This document shows, one piece after another, positions 1-9,142 of a DNA stretch of 64,000 bases. The notes under the pieces are model-generated. The model did no database searches, was not told the DNA's origin, and saw only the letters and a program-made list of their open reading frames with translations. A program made the translations under genes and the position numbers. Each line of letters starts with the position of its first letter. Position 1 is the stretch's first letter. The stretch spans positions 841,040 to 905,039 of the forward strand of contig JAHQJS010000007.1 of the NCBI GenBank assembly GCA_019057385.1, given 5' to 3'. Origin of the DNA: Candidatus Borrarchaeum weybense (GTDB lineage: Archaea > Asgardarchaeota > Sifarchaeia > Borrarchaeales > Borrarchaeaceae).

Positions 1-1
1 A

Positions 2-550
2 GACGGTTTACGATCTAGAGGACATGGCTTAAGAAAAGAAGTTATTGAAGCACAAGCTAAGGCTATCCAAATTCCAATAATCTATGGAAAGGCTACCTGG
101 GACTCGTATGAAGATGAATTTAAGAGGGTAATTAGGGATCTGAAGAACAGAGGAATCGAAGGTGGAGTATTTGGAGACCTAGACTTTCAAGAAAACAGAG
201 ACTGGGTTGAGAAGGTTTGTAGCGAAGTTGGGCTCCAAGTATATGAACCATTATGGAAGCAAAAATACGAAATAGTGCTTGCTGAGTTCATGGATAGGGG
301 GTTTGAAGCTATAATTGTCAGCGCTAAATCCGATCTCATAGATTCCAACTGGATAGGACATCCCCTTAATTGGGATTTTATAGAGTTCCTCAGAAGGCGA
401 AAAATCGATCTGTGTGGCGAAAATGGGGAATATCACACACTCGTAACTAACGGTCCAATATTTAAGCGACATTTGAAGATACTTGAAAGCCGAGAATTGG
501 AAAAAACTGATCGATGGCTTCTTGATATATTGAAAAGTGACATAATTTAG
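2..550 (+). CDS. DUF71/COG2102 (diphthine-ammonia ligase-like PP-loop ATPase), 5'-truncated by window edge
   Basis: Frame is open from nt 2 (DGLRSRGHGLRKEVIEAQAKA...VFGDLD...DLCGENGEYHTLV); close paralog of 11274..11930. Confidence 0.85.
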   Translation, partial: DGLRSRGHGLRKEVIEAQAKAIQIPIIYGKATWDSYEDEFKRVIRDLKNRGIEGGVFGDLDFQENRDWVEKVCSEVGLQVYEPLWKQKYEIVLAEFMDRGFEAIIVSAKSDLIDSNWIGHPLNWDFIEFLRRRKIDLCGENGEYHTLVTNGPIFKRHLKILESRELEKTDRWLLDILKSDII

Positions 551-551
551 A

Positions 552-1667
552 TTATTTGACTGATTCTAATATTAATTCGGCGATATCCATGACCTTAATT
601 TCATCTTCCTTATCCAATGTTTTAACGGCAGCATCGAGAGTAACAACGCAAAACGGACATGAGGTCACTAACAGTTCTGCTCCTACGTCAATGGCATTCT
701 CAACTCTCTTTTCGGCATTATTTGGTCCTGAAACATCGAACCACATTCTACCACCGCCTCCCTCACAGCATAAACTCTGATTTTTGATTCTATCTAACTC
801 AATAAATTCTATTCCTGGAATATTTTCAATTATTTGCCTTGGTTCATCAAAAATTCCGTTATGTTTACCAAGAAAGCAAGGATCATGATATGTGGCTGTT
901 TTTTCGATTCTTTTTGAAAAAGTTAGTTTTCCATTATTGATTAACTCTGCAAGTAGTTGTGAATGATGTTGGACCTTCAAATCTAACTCATATTTGTTCT
1001 TAAACACATTATATCCATGTGGACAGGAAACCAGTATGCTCTTTACGTCATATTTTTCAAATAACTCGGTATTATCCTCAATAAGTAGTTCGAATAATCC
1101 CTGTTCACCCAAACCGAGAATTTCATTACCACAACAATTCTCGTCTTTATCCAAAACTCCAAAATCAACTTCTGTTGTATTTAAACACATTATTAACGCC
1201 TTAGCGATGTCTTGTGCGCGTGTATCATAAGCTGTAGTACATCCAATAAAATAGAGTATATCGGCGCCTTCTGAAATGTGTTTTAAATTGAAAGCAGTCG
1301 CCCATTCCATTCTGCTTGCTCTACTTTGATTCCATGGGTTGCCATGCTTAAAAACACTTTCCAAGGCATCTTTAAGTGTTGCTGGGACTATACCTTCCTC
1401 AACCAAGGTGCTGCGTATATCGATTATCATATCAAGCGGACTTAACTGCTTAGGACACCGAAGTTCACATGTCGAACATGTAGTACAACTCCATATTTGA
1501 TCTTCAGGCGGTATTTTAAGTCTTTTAAAGACGGCAATTTCTCGTAGGATATTTCGCACGTTCAAATAAGATCTTGTGGCTACTGGGCATGAACCTGTGC
1601 ATACCCCACACTGAATGCATTCGTTCAGCAGTAGTTTTTTATTGAATTCTTGGGCGATATTTTCCAT
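552..1667 (-). CDS. HdrD/GlcF-like Fe-S oxidoreductase (2x[4Fe-4S] + two CCG domains)
   Basis: CIQCGVCTGSCP, CTTCSTCELRCP, ENCCG, YHDPCFLG, SLCCEGGGG, TSCPFC. Confidence 0.85.
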   Translation of the reverse strand: MENIAQEFNKKLLLNECIQCGVCTGSCPVATRSYLNVRNILREIAVFKRLKIPPEDQIWSCTTCSTCELRCPKQLSPLDMIIDIRSTLVEEGIVPATLKDALESVFKHGNPWNQSRASRMEWATAFNLKHISEGADILYFIGCTTAYDTRAQDIAKALIMCLNTTEVDFGVLDKDENCCGNEILGLGEQGLFELLIEDNTELFEKYDVKSILVSCPHGYNVFKNKYELDLKVQHHSQLLAELINNGKLTFSKRIEKTATYHDPCFLGKHNGIFDEPRQIIENIPGIEFIELDRIKNQSLCCEGGGGRMWFDVSGPNNAEKRVENAIDVGAELLVTSCPFCVVTLDAAVKTLDKEDEIKVMDIAELILESVK

Positions 1668-1682
1668 GTACTCATCACTGTT

Positions 1683-1862
1683 CTACGACATTGTTATTAC
1701 TTCAAGATACAATATAATGGTCTCTTTTATTCGTTCAATAAGCATACTCAACATTTTTGCTTGTGTATGACAGCCTGAGAGTTCCATAACACATGCAACA
1801 TAATATTCGTCTTCATCTTTTTCAATTTTCAGTGCATATTGCTTCTGCTTAGAATACCACAT
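1683..1862 (-). CDS. HicB-family antitoxin-like small protein (solo)
   Basis: YALKIEKDEDEYYVACVMELSGCHTQAK...IKETIILYLE fits the HicB partial RNase H fold; ATG at 1862 preferred to the upstream TTG. Confidence 0.65.
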   Translation of the reverse strand: MWYSKQKQYALKIEKDEDEYYVACVMELSGCHTQAKMLSMLIERIKETIILYLEVITMS

Positions 1863-2001
1863 GGATATCTCCAAGTTATTCACAATAAAAAGATATGTTT
1901 TAGAGATCGATTGCTCTTTTGAAGATAACATAATTTAAATTCTTTTCTAATCGGCTCCTAAGCAGTGTGAATGCACCTTCATCTGCATTTTCGATATTAT
2001 T

Positions 2002-2049
2002 GTGAACTACCTCATACTAAAGCTGTGGTGCTTTCTTGCTTAGCTACTA
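2002..2049 (-). mobile_element. 48-bp minimal IS200/IS605 derivative (fused left-end/right-end hairpin, PATE-like)
   Basis: Minus strand reads TTAC|tagtagctaagcaagAAAGcaccacagctttagtatgaggtagtTCAC, i.e. the left-end start and right-end finish of the 45485..45688 element. Confidence 0.7.
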
Positions 2050-2145
2050 GTAAAAGAGTAGTATTTTTTGTGTTTGAGTACGAAAAAAGCATGTAACACA
2101 AGGTTTATTAAGAACAAACAGGCAATTCAACGTTTGGTGAAATTT

Positions 2146-2313
2146 ATGCCCTTAATTGAAATTTCAGGTTACGGGTTCTCTGCAGAACAAAAAAGAAATA
2201 TTTCACGGGAAGTTGTTGACGTTATTTCCAAAATATCAGGCAAAGATAAGAAGCTTTTCGTTGTTGTATTTAGAGATATTAAAAGTGAAGACTGGGCGAT
2301 GGCAGGAGAATAG
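2146..2313 (+). CDS. 4-oxalocrotonate tautomerase family protein
   Basis: MPLIEI...SAEQKRNISREVVD...VVVFRDIKSEDWAMAG; N-terminal Pro; GGTGA SD upstream of ATG 2146. Confidence 0.8.
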   Translation: MPLIEISGYGFSAEQKRNISREVVDVISKISGKDKKLFVVVFRDIKSEDWAMAGE

Positions 2314-2338
2314 TCCGTCAAATAGTTATAATTTCTCC

Positions 2339-2374
2339 GCAGGAAGCTCCAACCGTAAGGGTGGGGTAGTTCAC
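2339..2374 (+). mobile_element. IS200/IS605 right-end remnant
   Basis: gcaggaag-ctccaaccgtaagggtgggg-tagttcac: GAAG guide, hairpin and TCAC end as in the other elements here. Confidence 0.6.
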
Positions 2375-2420
2375 GTATGAGTTTTAAAAGTCTAAATTCG
2401 TAAAAAATGGAAGTGTGAAT

Positions 2421-2996
2421 ATGGATCTGACAGTTACATATTTTGAACAAACAGGAAAGTTAAACACTGAAAATGTACTGAATATCGCCAAAAAGCACGC
2501 GAAAAAATTCAACATAAAAAATATCATAATTGCCTCAACAACTGGTTACACTGGGCTTAAAGCAACCGAATTCTTTGATTCAGCAGATTATAATCTTGTA
2601 GTAGTCTCACATTCTGCAGGATTTAAAGAACGTGGTTTCCAAGAACTGGGTGGAGAGGAAAGACATGCGATTGAAGAACGTGGCGCAAATGTATTAACAT
2701 GCACTCATGCTTTTGCAGGTGTAGAACGAGCTTTTAGATTTAAACTAAACATGTGGCAACCAGTTGAAACCTTTGCTCGGACTGTTCGATTCGTTTTCGG
2801 GGAAGGAATCAAGGTGGTAATGGAAATTACGATGATGGCTGCTGACGCCGGACTAATAACTCTCGATGAAGATGTGATTGCTATTGCTGGCACAGGCCGA
2901 GGAGCGGACACAGCATGTATAATAAAACCAGAATATACGTCTAACTTTTTAGATATGAGATTAAAAGCTATCTTATGTAAGCCATTTAATTTTTAG
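2421..2996 (+). CDS. Pyruvate kinase C-terminal-like protein (MTH1675/COG1751 family)
   Basis: YFEQTGKLNT, IIASTTGYTG, FGEGIKV..EI..MAADAG, IAGTGRGADTA. Confidence 0.8.
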   Translation: MDLTVTYFEQTGKLNTENVLNIAKKHAKKFNIKNIIIASTTGYTGLKATEFFDSADYNLVVVSHSAGFKERGFQELGGEERHAIEERGANVLTCTHAFAGVERAFRFKLNMWQPVETFARTVRFVFGEGIKVVMEITMMAADAGLITLDEDVIAIAGTGRGADTACIIKPEYTSNFLDMRLKAILCKPFNF

Positions 2997-3061
2997 CCAC
3001 TTTCCTTTATTTATTTTAGCCAATATAAAAGTAATACAAGCAAAAATCTTACTAAATGATC

Positions 3062-4273
3062 TCATTTTGTCAAATCAAAAAGAAGGGGCATTATTCTTTC
3101 CCCGCGAATTCTTGATAGACCTCCTTTTGAAGCTGCTTTCTCGTTAAATGCTTTTACTTTGTCCTTTTTTATTTTAGTTCCATAAATTGAGATTGGTGTC
3201 GGATCGGCTGTATGATCCTTATAATCTACAGGGGTAGCGTGATCTGACACGAGAATGATATAAAGTTCTTCCCAGGCAATTTGATCAAGAAGCAATCCCA
3301 CCATACAATCTATTTTTTCAATTATTTCCACCTTCCCTTCGAAATCTCCATCGTGACCTGCTTCATCGGGTCCCTCTATATGAAGCAAAACCAAATCGTG
3401 ATCTTCTAGAAGATTTAAAGCAGCACTAGCCTTGGCATAAACATTTGTATCTATGTATCCAGTAGCTTCTGGCACATCAACAACTGTCATGTTGATAAAT
3501 TTGCAAAGGCCTTTAATTAAACTAACTGCGCCTACACACGCTCCTTTCAAGTTCCAGTTATTAGGAGGGGCTCTTAAATCTGAAACATATCCTCCCTTCC
3601 AGGGAATCACCACATTTGCGGGAAATTTATTTTGTGTTTTACGAGTTACATTTATTGAGTGATCACGAAGTAGTTCATACGATGTTTCTATGAACTCATT
3701 TAAGATCTTTGTAGTCCTTATGGCACTCTTTGAATCCTTTACAGGTTTAATTATAGCTTTTTCACCCTCTTGCATGATCTTTGGGCAAATAACTTCTGAG
3801 GAACAGTTTTTGCCTCTTAAAATTAAAGAACCTCTAAAGTCTAGACTTTCTTGAAATAATAATTCAACACCATCAATTTCATTCAATTCTCTTTTGATCA
3901 AATCTGCTAGTACTCTAACTCTTTCTCTAATTCTTCCTGCACGTGCATCAATAATATCATACTCTTTGTTTATCGTTGCAAAATTGCATCTAAATACGAT
4001 ATCACCAATCATGGGGATCAGACCTGCACCTAAAGCTTCAAAAAAACCTCTTCCATTTTTAATTTTGGTATAGTCATATCCGAGCATAGAAAGATGTGCT
4101 TCTGCGCTCCCTGGGGCTATTCCAGGCGCTATTGCATTTAAAAGACCGTTGATTCCTTCCGCTGCTATGTAATCCATATTTGGAGTATTCGCCCATTCTA
4201 ACGGAGTAAAACTTCGTATTTCCGATGTTCTATCCGCCATTCCATCTCCAACAATAAAAAGAAATTTCTTCAT
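3062..4273 (-). CDS. apgM: ApgM-family (cofactor-independent phosphoglycerate mutase-like) protein
   Basis: IVGDGMAD, TPNMD, PGSAEAH, DEAGHDGD, SDHATP..H; ATG 4273 preferred. Confidence 0.75.
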   Translation of the reverse strand: MKKFLFIVGDGMADRTSEIRSFTPLEWANTPNMDYIAAEGINGLLNAIAPGIAPGSAEAHLSMLGYDYTKIKNGRGFFEALGAGLIPMIGDIVFRCNFATINKEYDIIDARAGRIRERVRVLADLIKRELNEIDGVELLFQESLDFRGSLILRGKNCSSEVICPKIMQEGEKAIIKPVKDSKSAIRTTKILNEFIETSYELLRDHSINVTRKTQNKFPANVVIPWKGGYVSDLRAPPNNWNLKGACVGAVSLIKGLCKFINMTVVDVPEATGYIDTNVYAKASAALNLLEDHDLVLLHIEGPDEAGHDGDFEGKVEIIEKIDCMVGLLLDQIAWEELYIILVSDHATPVDYKDHTADPTPISIYGTKIKKDKVKAFNEKAASKGGLSRIRGERIMPLLFDLTK

Positions 4274-4427
4274 GTCTATGCGCTTCCAAAATCCCTTAAA
4301 TCTTTTCTGTAAAGCCTTAGAGCTTATACTGTATCCAATCATTAAAGGAGGCTATTTCCATTTGTCAATGACGTTGGATTCTGCTCTGGATCTAAATACA
4401 GGGAGAGATAGAATGAATATTAGAGAC

Positions 4428-4451
4428 CTAGGTTAATATATCCTACTTCAA
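4428..4451. promoter_or_regulatory. Degenerate copy of the 16265 operator in the apgM/cbiB divergent region
   Basis: ctaggttaatatatcctacttcaa matches 16/24 nt of ctagggtaggttatcctaccctag and is likewise followed by an ATATATA tract. Confidence 0.35.
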
Positions 4452-4680
4452 ATATATAAATATGATATATTCTCTGTAATCGCATAAAAAGAACGACATG
4501 CCAGAAACTTGCCATAACGTTTACAATGTCGATTCTGAAACCCTATGCGATTAAATACGACGTCAAGATTTGAAATGCTACTGTTCGATTGATTAAGAGG
4601 TACGATGAATGCAGAACATTAACATCTTGTCTTTATTTTTATTTTTTGAAAATGTTTTAAGAGCAGATCAGAGACTGCAA

Positions 4681-5691
4681 ATGCTCATAACAATTTTCTT
4701 AGCCTTTTTAATAGATTTAACGGTAGGAGAACCACCAGAATCCATACATCCAGTAGTATTGATAGGAAAAGTGATTAGGAAGTTAAAGAATGCTTTGAAG
4801 CATCAAAATCCACGCATAGAGAAATTCAATGGTTTAATACTAGCAGTAAGCACAATTATAATCTTTGTAATTCCCTTACTTTCATTGTTAATGATTGTTC
4901 GTATATTTCTTGGAATATTGGCCTCGATTTTATTCGCGGCATACCTTCTAAAAACAACCTTCTCAATGAAGTTTTTTATCAGTTTAATATCTCCAATTGC
5001 AAACGCACTCGAAAGAAATGATATTGAGGACGCCAGAAACCTTGTATCACGTGTGGTTGGAAGGGATACGTCAATCTTAGATAGCAGGCTAGTTGCATCA
5101 GCAGCAGTTGAAACGACTGCAGAAGGGATACCTGATTCTTTGATCTCACCAATTTTTTATTTTATTATTTTTGGAGTATTTGGAATTGTAACTGGAATAA
5201 TTGGTGCGTTAGTATTTCGAGCAGTAAGCACTTTGGACTCGATGGTTGGTTACAAAGATTCCGAACATATCAATATAGGTATGGTTTCAGCAAGATTAGA
5301 TGATGTTGCGAATTTCATTCCTGCTCGTCTTTCCGCATTATTAATCGTTATTGCCTCTGCTCTTCTTAGAGAAAATTATAAAAACTCATGGAAAATAATG
5401 TGGAGAGATGGATCTACAACAAGTAGCATTAATTCTGGATGGGTGATGGCTGCTGCTGCCGGTGCGCTTAATGTTCAACTTGAAAAGCCGGGAAATTATT
5501 TGCTTGGGGATGCTATTGAGGTTGTGAACACAAGCCATATTTTTCGAACCACTAAAATATTGAAATTTACGATATTACTCTTTATATTGTTTATATGCTT
5601 TCCACTCATCCTTTTTAGTCCATTTGTCAGCCGTCCATTGCTTAGATTTATTGCTGTATCAATAGCATCGATTTTAATGGTTTATATTTAA
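4681..5691 (+). CDS. cbiB: Adenosylcobinamide-phosphate synthase CbiB
   Basis: D..VGEP...HPVV.IG, VGRDT, STLDSMVGYK, ARLDD.ANFIPARL; membrane protein; ORF is open from 4609. Confidence 0.92.
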   Translation: MLITIFLAFLIDLTVGEPPESIHPVVLIGKVIRKLKNALKHQNPRIEKFNGLILAVSTIIIFVIPLLSLLMIVRIFLGILASILFAAYLLKTTFSMKFFISLISPIANALERNDIEDARNLVSRVVGRDTSILDSRLVASAAVETTAEGIPDSLISPIFYFIIFGVFGIVTGIIGALVFRAVSTLDSMVGYKDSEHINIGMVSARLDDVANFIPARLSALLIVIASALLRENYKNSWKIMWRDGSTTSSINSGWVMAAAAGALNVQLEKPGNYLLGDAIEVVNTSHIFRTTKILKFTILLFILFICFPLILFSPFVSRPLLRFIAVSIASILMVYI

Positions 5692-5721
5692 TGACCTTTA
5701 TAATATCAAAAAGCTATATTT

Positions 5722-6405
5722 GTGATAAAAATGACACCAGATATAGAAGAGATCAAAATTGATGGAATAACTGCTGAGATTAACGAAAATGCCATTATAA
5801 TTAACTCAGATATTCCATTGAAAACTTTAAGTTCAGCAGTTCTAAATGGGGGACTCATTGAAAGTCGAAGCATATTGAACTATCAAGTTCCTTTAGATTA
5901 TTCACATGATGATCCAAAAAAGGACTTAAAACGTGTTTCTGAGGCATTTGATCTTAAACCACCAGTAATTGGGCTGATGACTGGTGTCAATATTAAAAAT
6001 GTTTCAATTAAAAACGAAATGCGTAATAACATATCAACATGTGCAATAATAACAGCGGGGCTTTCTAATCCTGCCGCTGCTGGAGATTATATTCCTATAC
6101 AAGATTTCGGTACGATAAATATTATTGTGTTGATTGATGCTGATTTGACGAATTCTGCATTAGTAGATGCAATTAAAACAATAACTGAGGCAAAAACCTT
6201 AGTATTGCATGATTTAGATATAAGAAGTCCCTATTCGAAACATTTTGCGACAGGTACAACGAGTGATGCAGTAGTTGTTGCATGTACAGGACAAGGCGGA
6301 ACTTATGAATATGCTGGTACTGCAACCAAAGTGGGTTATTTAAGTGCCAGAGTCGTTATAAAGGCTTTAAAGATCGCTCTAGAGAAACAAGAGGGAATTG
6401 TATAG
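5722..6405 (+). CDS. cbiZ: Adenosylcobinamide amidohydrolase CbiZ
   Basis: LSSAVLNGG, GLMTGV, GTINI, TEAK, ATGTTSDAV, YAGTAT. Confidence 0.9.
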   Translation: MIKMTPDIEEIKIDGITAEINENAIIINSDIPLKTLSSAVLNGGLIESRSILNYQVPLDYSHDDPKKDLKRVSEAFDLKPPVIGLMTGVNIKNVSIKNEMRNNISTCAIITAGLSNPAAAGDYIPIQDFGTINIIVLIDADLTNSALVDAIKTITEAKTLVLHDLDIRSPYSKHFATGTTSDAVVVACTGQGGTYEYAGTATKVGYLSARVVIKALKIALEKQEGIV

Positions 6406-6419
6406 CGGAGGCGAAAAAG

Positions 6420-7274
6420 CTGGCATTTAAGAAAATTAAGTATCTATTTTCATTTCTTACAACTTTGCCTGTTAAAGGTCCTGAATCCTTTGAAGAAATA
6501 GCAGATGGCTTCTACATTGCACCATTTGTCGGCTTTATAATAGGCTGTCTCGCAGGTCTCTTAGCTTATATTCTATCTTTAATTTTTCCTCCTTTACTTA
6601 CTGGAATACTAATTTTGGGATTTCTTTTCCTGATAACTGGATTACATCATACAGACGGGCTATTTGATTTTGGCGATGGTTTAATGGCACATGGAGATCC
6701 GGAAAGACGACTAGAAGTTATGACAGACCTAAGAATTGGTGTAGGTGGGATAGGATTAGGTTTAATAATACTAATGACTACATTTCTGTCTATTTCTGAG
6801 ATAATTAGACTCTCCAGTCCATTTTCCGCACTTATTATTCCCGGATCATTTCGTGTTAATACGTTCCTAGAATTCTTTCTTGGTATACCTATGATTATAC
6901 AAGCCTTAATTATAGCTGAAGTTTCAGCAAAATTGTCTATGGTTATGATAGCAGCAGCAGGAAAACCCGCAAAAAAGGAAAGTATGGCTTTAACAGTCAT
7001 TAAAAGAATGAAAAACAAAGGCAAATTCGCAATAAGTATAATTCTTTCGCTACTGTTTCTAGTTCCTTTTCAGTGGATTGGAATAATTGGTTTGTTTACT
7101 GGAATACTAGTAGCACTTTTAATCAACTCTATATCAGTTAAACGATTCAATGGGATTACAGGGGATGTAATGGGTGCAACAAATGACATTTCACGCGTAG
7201 TAACTTTGTTATGCATAATAGCAATCACCGAAATGGTTTGTCCGTGTGCATTGGGCTTTAGGATACCGATCTAG
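6420..7274 (+). CDS. cobS: Cobalamin synthase CobS (probable CTG start)
   Basis: TGLHHTDGLFDFGDG, GITGDVMGA; the conserved FLTTLP lies upstream of the TTG at 6465; GGAGG SD 8 nt before CTG 6420. Confidence 0.9.
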   Translation: MAFKKIKYLFSFLTTLPVKGPESFEEIADGFYIAPFVGFIIGCLAGLLAYILSLIFPPLLTGILILGFLFLITGLHHTDGLFDFGDGLMAHGDPERRLEVMTDLRIGVGGIGLGLIILMTTFLSISEIIRLSSPFSALIIPGSFRVNTFLEFFLGIPMIIQALIIAEVSAKLSMVMIAAAGKPAKKESMALTVIKRMKNKGKFAISIILSLLFLVPFQWIGIIGLFTGILVALLINSISVKRFNGITGDVMGATNDISRVVTLLCIIAITEMVCPCALGFRIPI

Positions 7275-7280
7275 CCAAAA

Positions 7281-7913
7281 GTGAGTAGAATGAAGGTAAC
7301 TGCGTTGATAATGGGAGGGGGCAAAGGTACTAGAATGAAATCTAAAGAAGAAAAAACATTAATTCTATTGAATGGCAAGCCAATAATCTATTGGGTTATC
7401 GATGCGATCCACGCTGCTAAAAATGTTAAGGAAATAATCGTAGCAACTAGTTATGCATCACCACAAACGAGAAAATATTTACATCAACTTGATGTTAAGA
7501 TCATAGATACTCCAGGAAAGGGATTCCATGAAGATATGAAACATGCAATCCTTACTGAACAGATTAAGGATCATGTCTTGGTAGTCGCTGGAGATTTACC
7601 TCTTCTAACAGGAGAGTTAATTGATATAATAGTTGATTATTATGCGACTTTGGAAATCCCGAGCTTGGCGGTTATGGTTCCACTTGAAGTTTTTATAAAA
7701 CATGATTTAACGCCTTCGATAATATTTACCATTGATGAAAAACAAGTAATACCAGTAGGTGTAAATATAAATGATGGAAGTCATATTGATAAGAAGGAAA
7801 TAGATCAAGAAATCATGATTGTCGAAGACGTTAGATTAGCATGCAATGTGAACACCTTGAATGACTTATCTATTGCAAAAAGTCTTTTCCAGCAACTACG
7901 AAAATTAAAGTAA
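7281..7913 (+). CDS. cobY: GTP:adenosylcobinamide-phosphate guanylyltransferase CobY
   Basis: MGGGKGTRM...EK NTP-transferase motif, GDLPL, NVNT..DL; follows cobS. Confidence 0.85.
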   Translation: MSRMKVTALIMGGGKGTRMKSKEEKTLILLNGKPIIYWVIDAIHAAKNVKEIIVATSYASPQTRKYLHQLDVKIIDTPGKGFHEDMKHAILTEQIKDHVLVVAGDLPLLTGELIDIIVDYYATLEIPSLAVMVPLEVFIKHDLTPSIIFTIDEKQVIPVGVNINDGSHIDKKEIDQEIMIVEDVRLACNVNTLNDLSIAKSLFQQLRKLK

Positions 7914-9119
7914 TGAGTCTTTACGCTCCTTTGTTTTGTTAGAAAATGAGATGTTAAGAATCTCTGCTATGGTAGGGGCTATATTCAGGATGTTTCCGTT
8001 TTCATGGAATCCTTTAGATAAATTACTCCCAATAAGCGATAAGAAAATTCCCATATCAGAAGACGAAAGGGATCCATGAATTGCTTTTGCATAGTGAGAA
8101 TCTGTAACTCCTCCCTTAAAACATACAGTAAGATCGCCGATGTCTTTAGTAACAACATAGTATGGACTCAGTTCGTGAGGGCGTGCAACAAATTCAACTT
8201 TAGATCCAAAAGAAGACAGAATTTTGTGTTGAATCTCATTGATGAGTGAATTTGATTCAGAATACAAATAAGAGAGTCCCCCATTTCTAATTATAATTGC
8301 AGAGTTATCCTCAATCGGAAGTGTTATTCTCTCCGTAACTTCTGTTGACCCATGGTCGCTCATTATAAAAATAACTGGAGAGTCGTACTTATTCATAATG
8401 TATGAAAGGAGTTCTTCTATAATTTTTTCCAATAATGGAAGATGATTATTAACTTCTGCTGAATCCTTACCATAATAGTGCTTTAAAAAGTCTAGATAAG
8501 GAAAGTGAAATAATAATAAATCACTAGCATCATTTTTAATCGCTTGTTTTGCTAATTGCATAACCCAGATGTCTGGATTGTCGACATATTTTTGCCCGAG
8601 AGGATCATTAACATCGTCAACATGAAAAGAATAGGAATCGTCTATCTGTTCACTTATCCAATAGGGTACCTTCGATAAAGGTACTTCAAATGGAAATGAG
8701 GCAATATCCTCATACTTGATATAAGTAGGTTCTAGGATTATGTCTGCACCTCTGCCACAGATTCTTCCTACGGCAAAACCAGTGATCATCATCGTTCTTA
8801 AACCATTTTTACTAGCTATTTCAAAGATAGTTTCTGTCGCTATCGCATTTGGATCCCAATTTCTTACGTCCTGAAAAAGCATCTTCTTTTTTTGAGTTCT
8901 ATCATAGAAATTACCGATTATACCATGTTTATTTGGCGGCAAGCCTGTGAGCATACTTGAAATTGACGAAAATGTAAGCGATGGAAAGATTGTCTGTGCA
9001 TTTGGAAAATGCATCGCGTTATTTTTCAGATTGGATAACTGCGGACATTTTTGAAGATCATTATGAGTCAAACTATCAATTAATATGATAAAGACCTTAT
9101 TTTGGTTCATGAGATCCAT
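7905..9119 (-). CDS. Alkaline-phosphatase superfamily nucleotide pyrophosphatase/phosphodiesterase (NPP type)
   Basis: IILIDSL, FPSLTFS (Thr nucleophile), TGLPPNKHGI, LDFLKHYYG, MSDHG, AIHGS, IAPTIA. Confidence 0.8.
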   Translation of the reverse strand: MDLMNQNKVFIILIDSLTHNDLQKCPQLSNLKNNAMHFPNAQTIFPSLTFSSISSMLTGLPPNKHGIIGNFYDRTQKKKMLFQDVRNWDPNAIATETIFEIASKNGLRTMMITGFAVGRICGRGADIILEPTYIKYEDIASFPFEVPLSKVPYWISEQIDDSYSFHVDDVNDPLGQKYVDNPDIWVMQLAKQAIKNDASDLLLFHFPYLDFLKHYYGKDSAEVNNHLPLLEKIIEELLSYIMNKYDSPVIFIMSDHGSTEVTERITLPIEDNSAIIIRNGGLSYLYSESNSLINEIQHKILSSFGSKVEFVARPHELSPYYVVTKDIGDLTVCFKGGVTDSHYAKAIHGSLSSSDMGIFLSLIGSNLSKGFHENGNILNIAPTIAEILNISFSNKTKERKDSLL

Positions 9120-9142
9120 TCCAAACGCCTATAATATAATAT

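Noticed and set aside
1668-1685. HicB-like ORF in frame with the downstream HdrD-like gene across a TAG
   Set aside because: There is a one-in-three chance of this by coincidence, and both proteins are complete on their own
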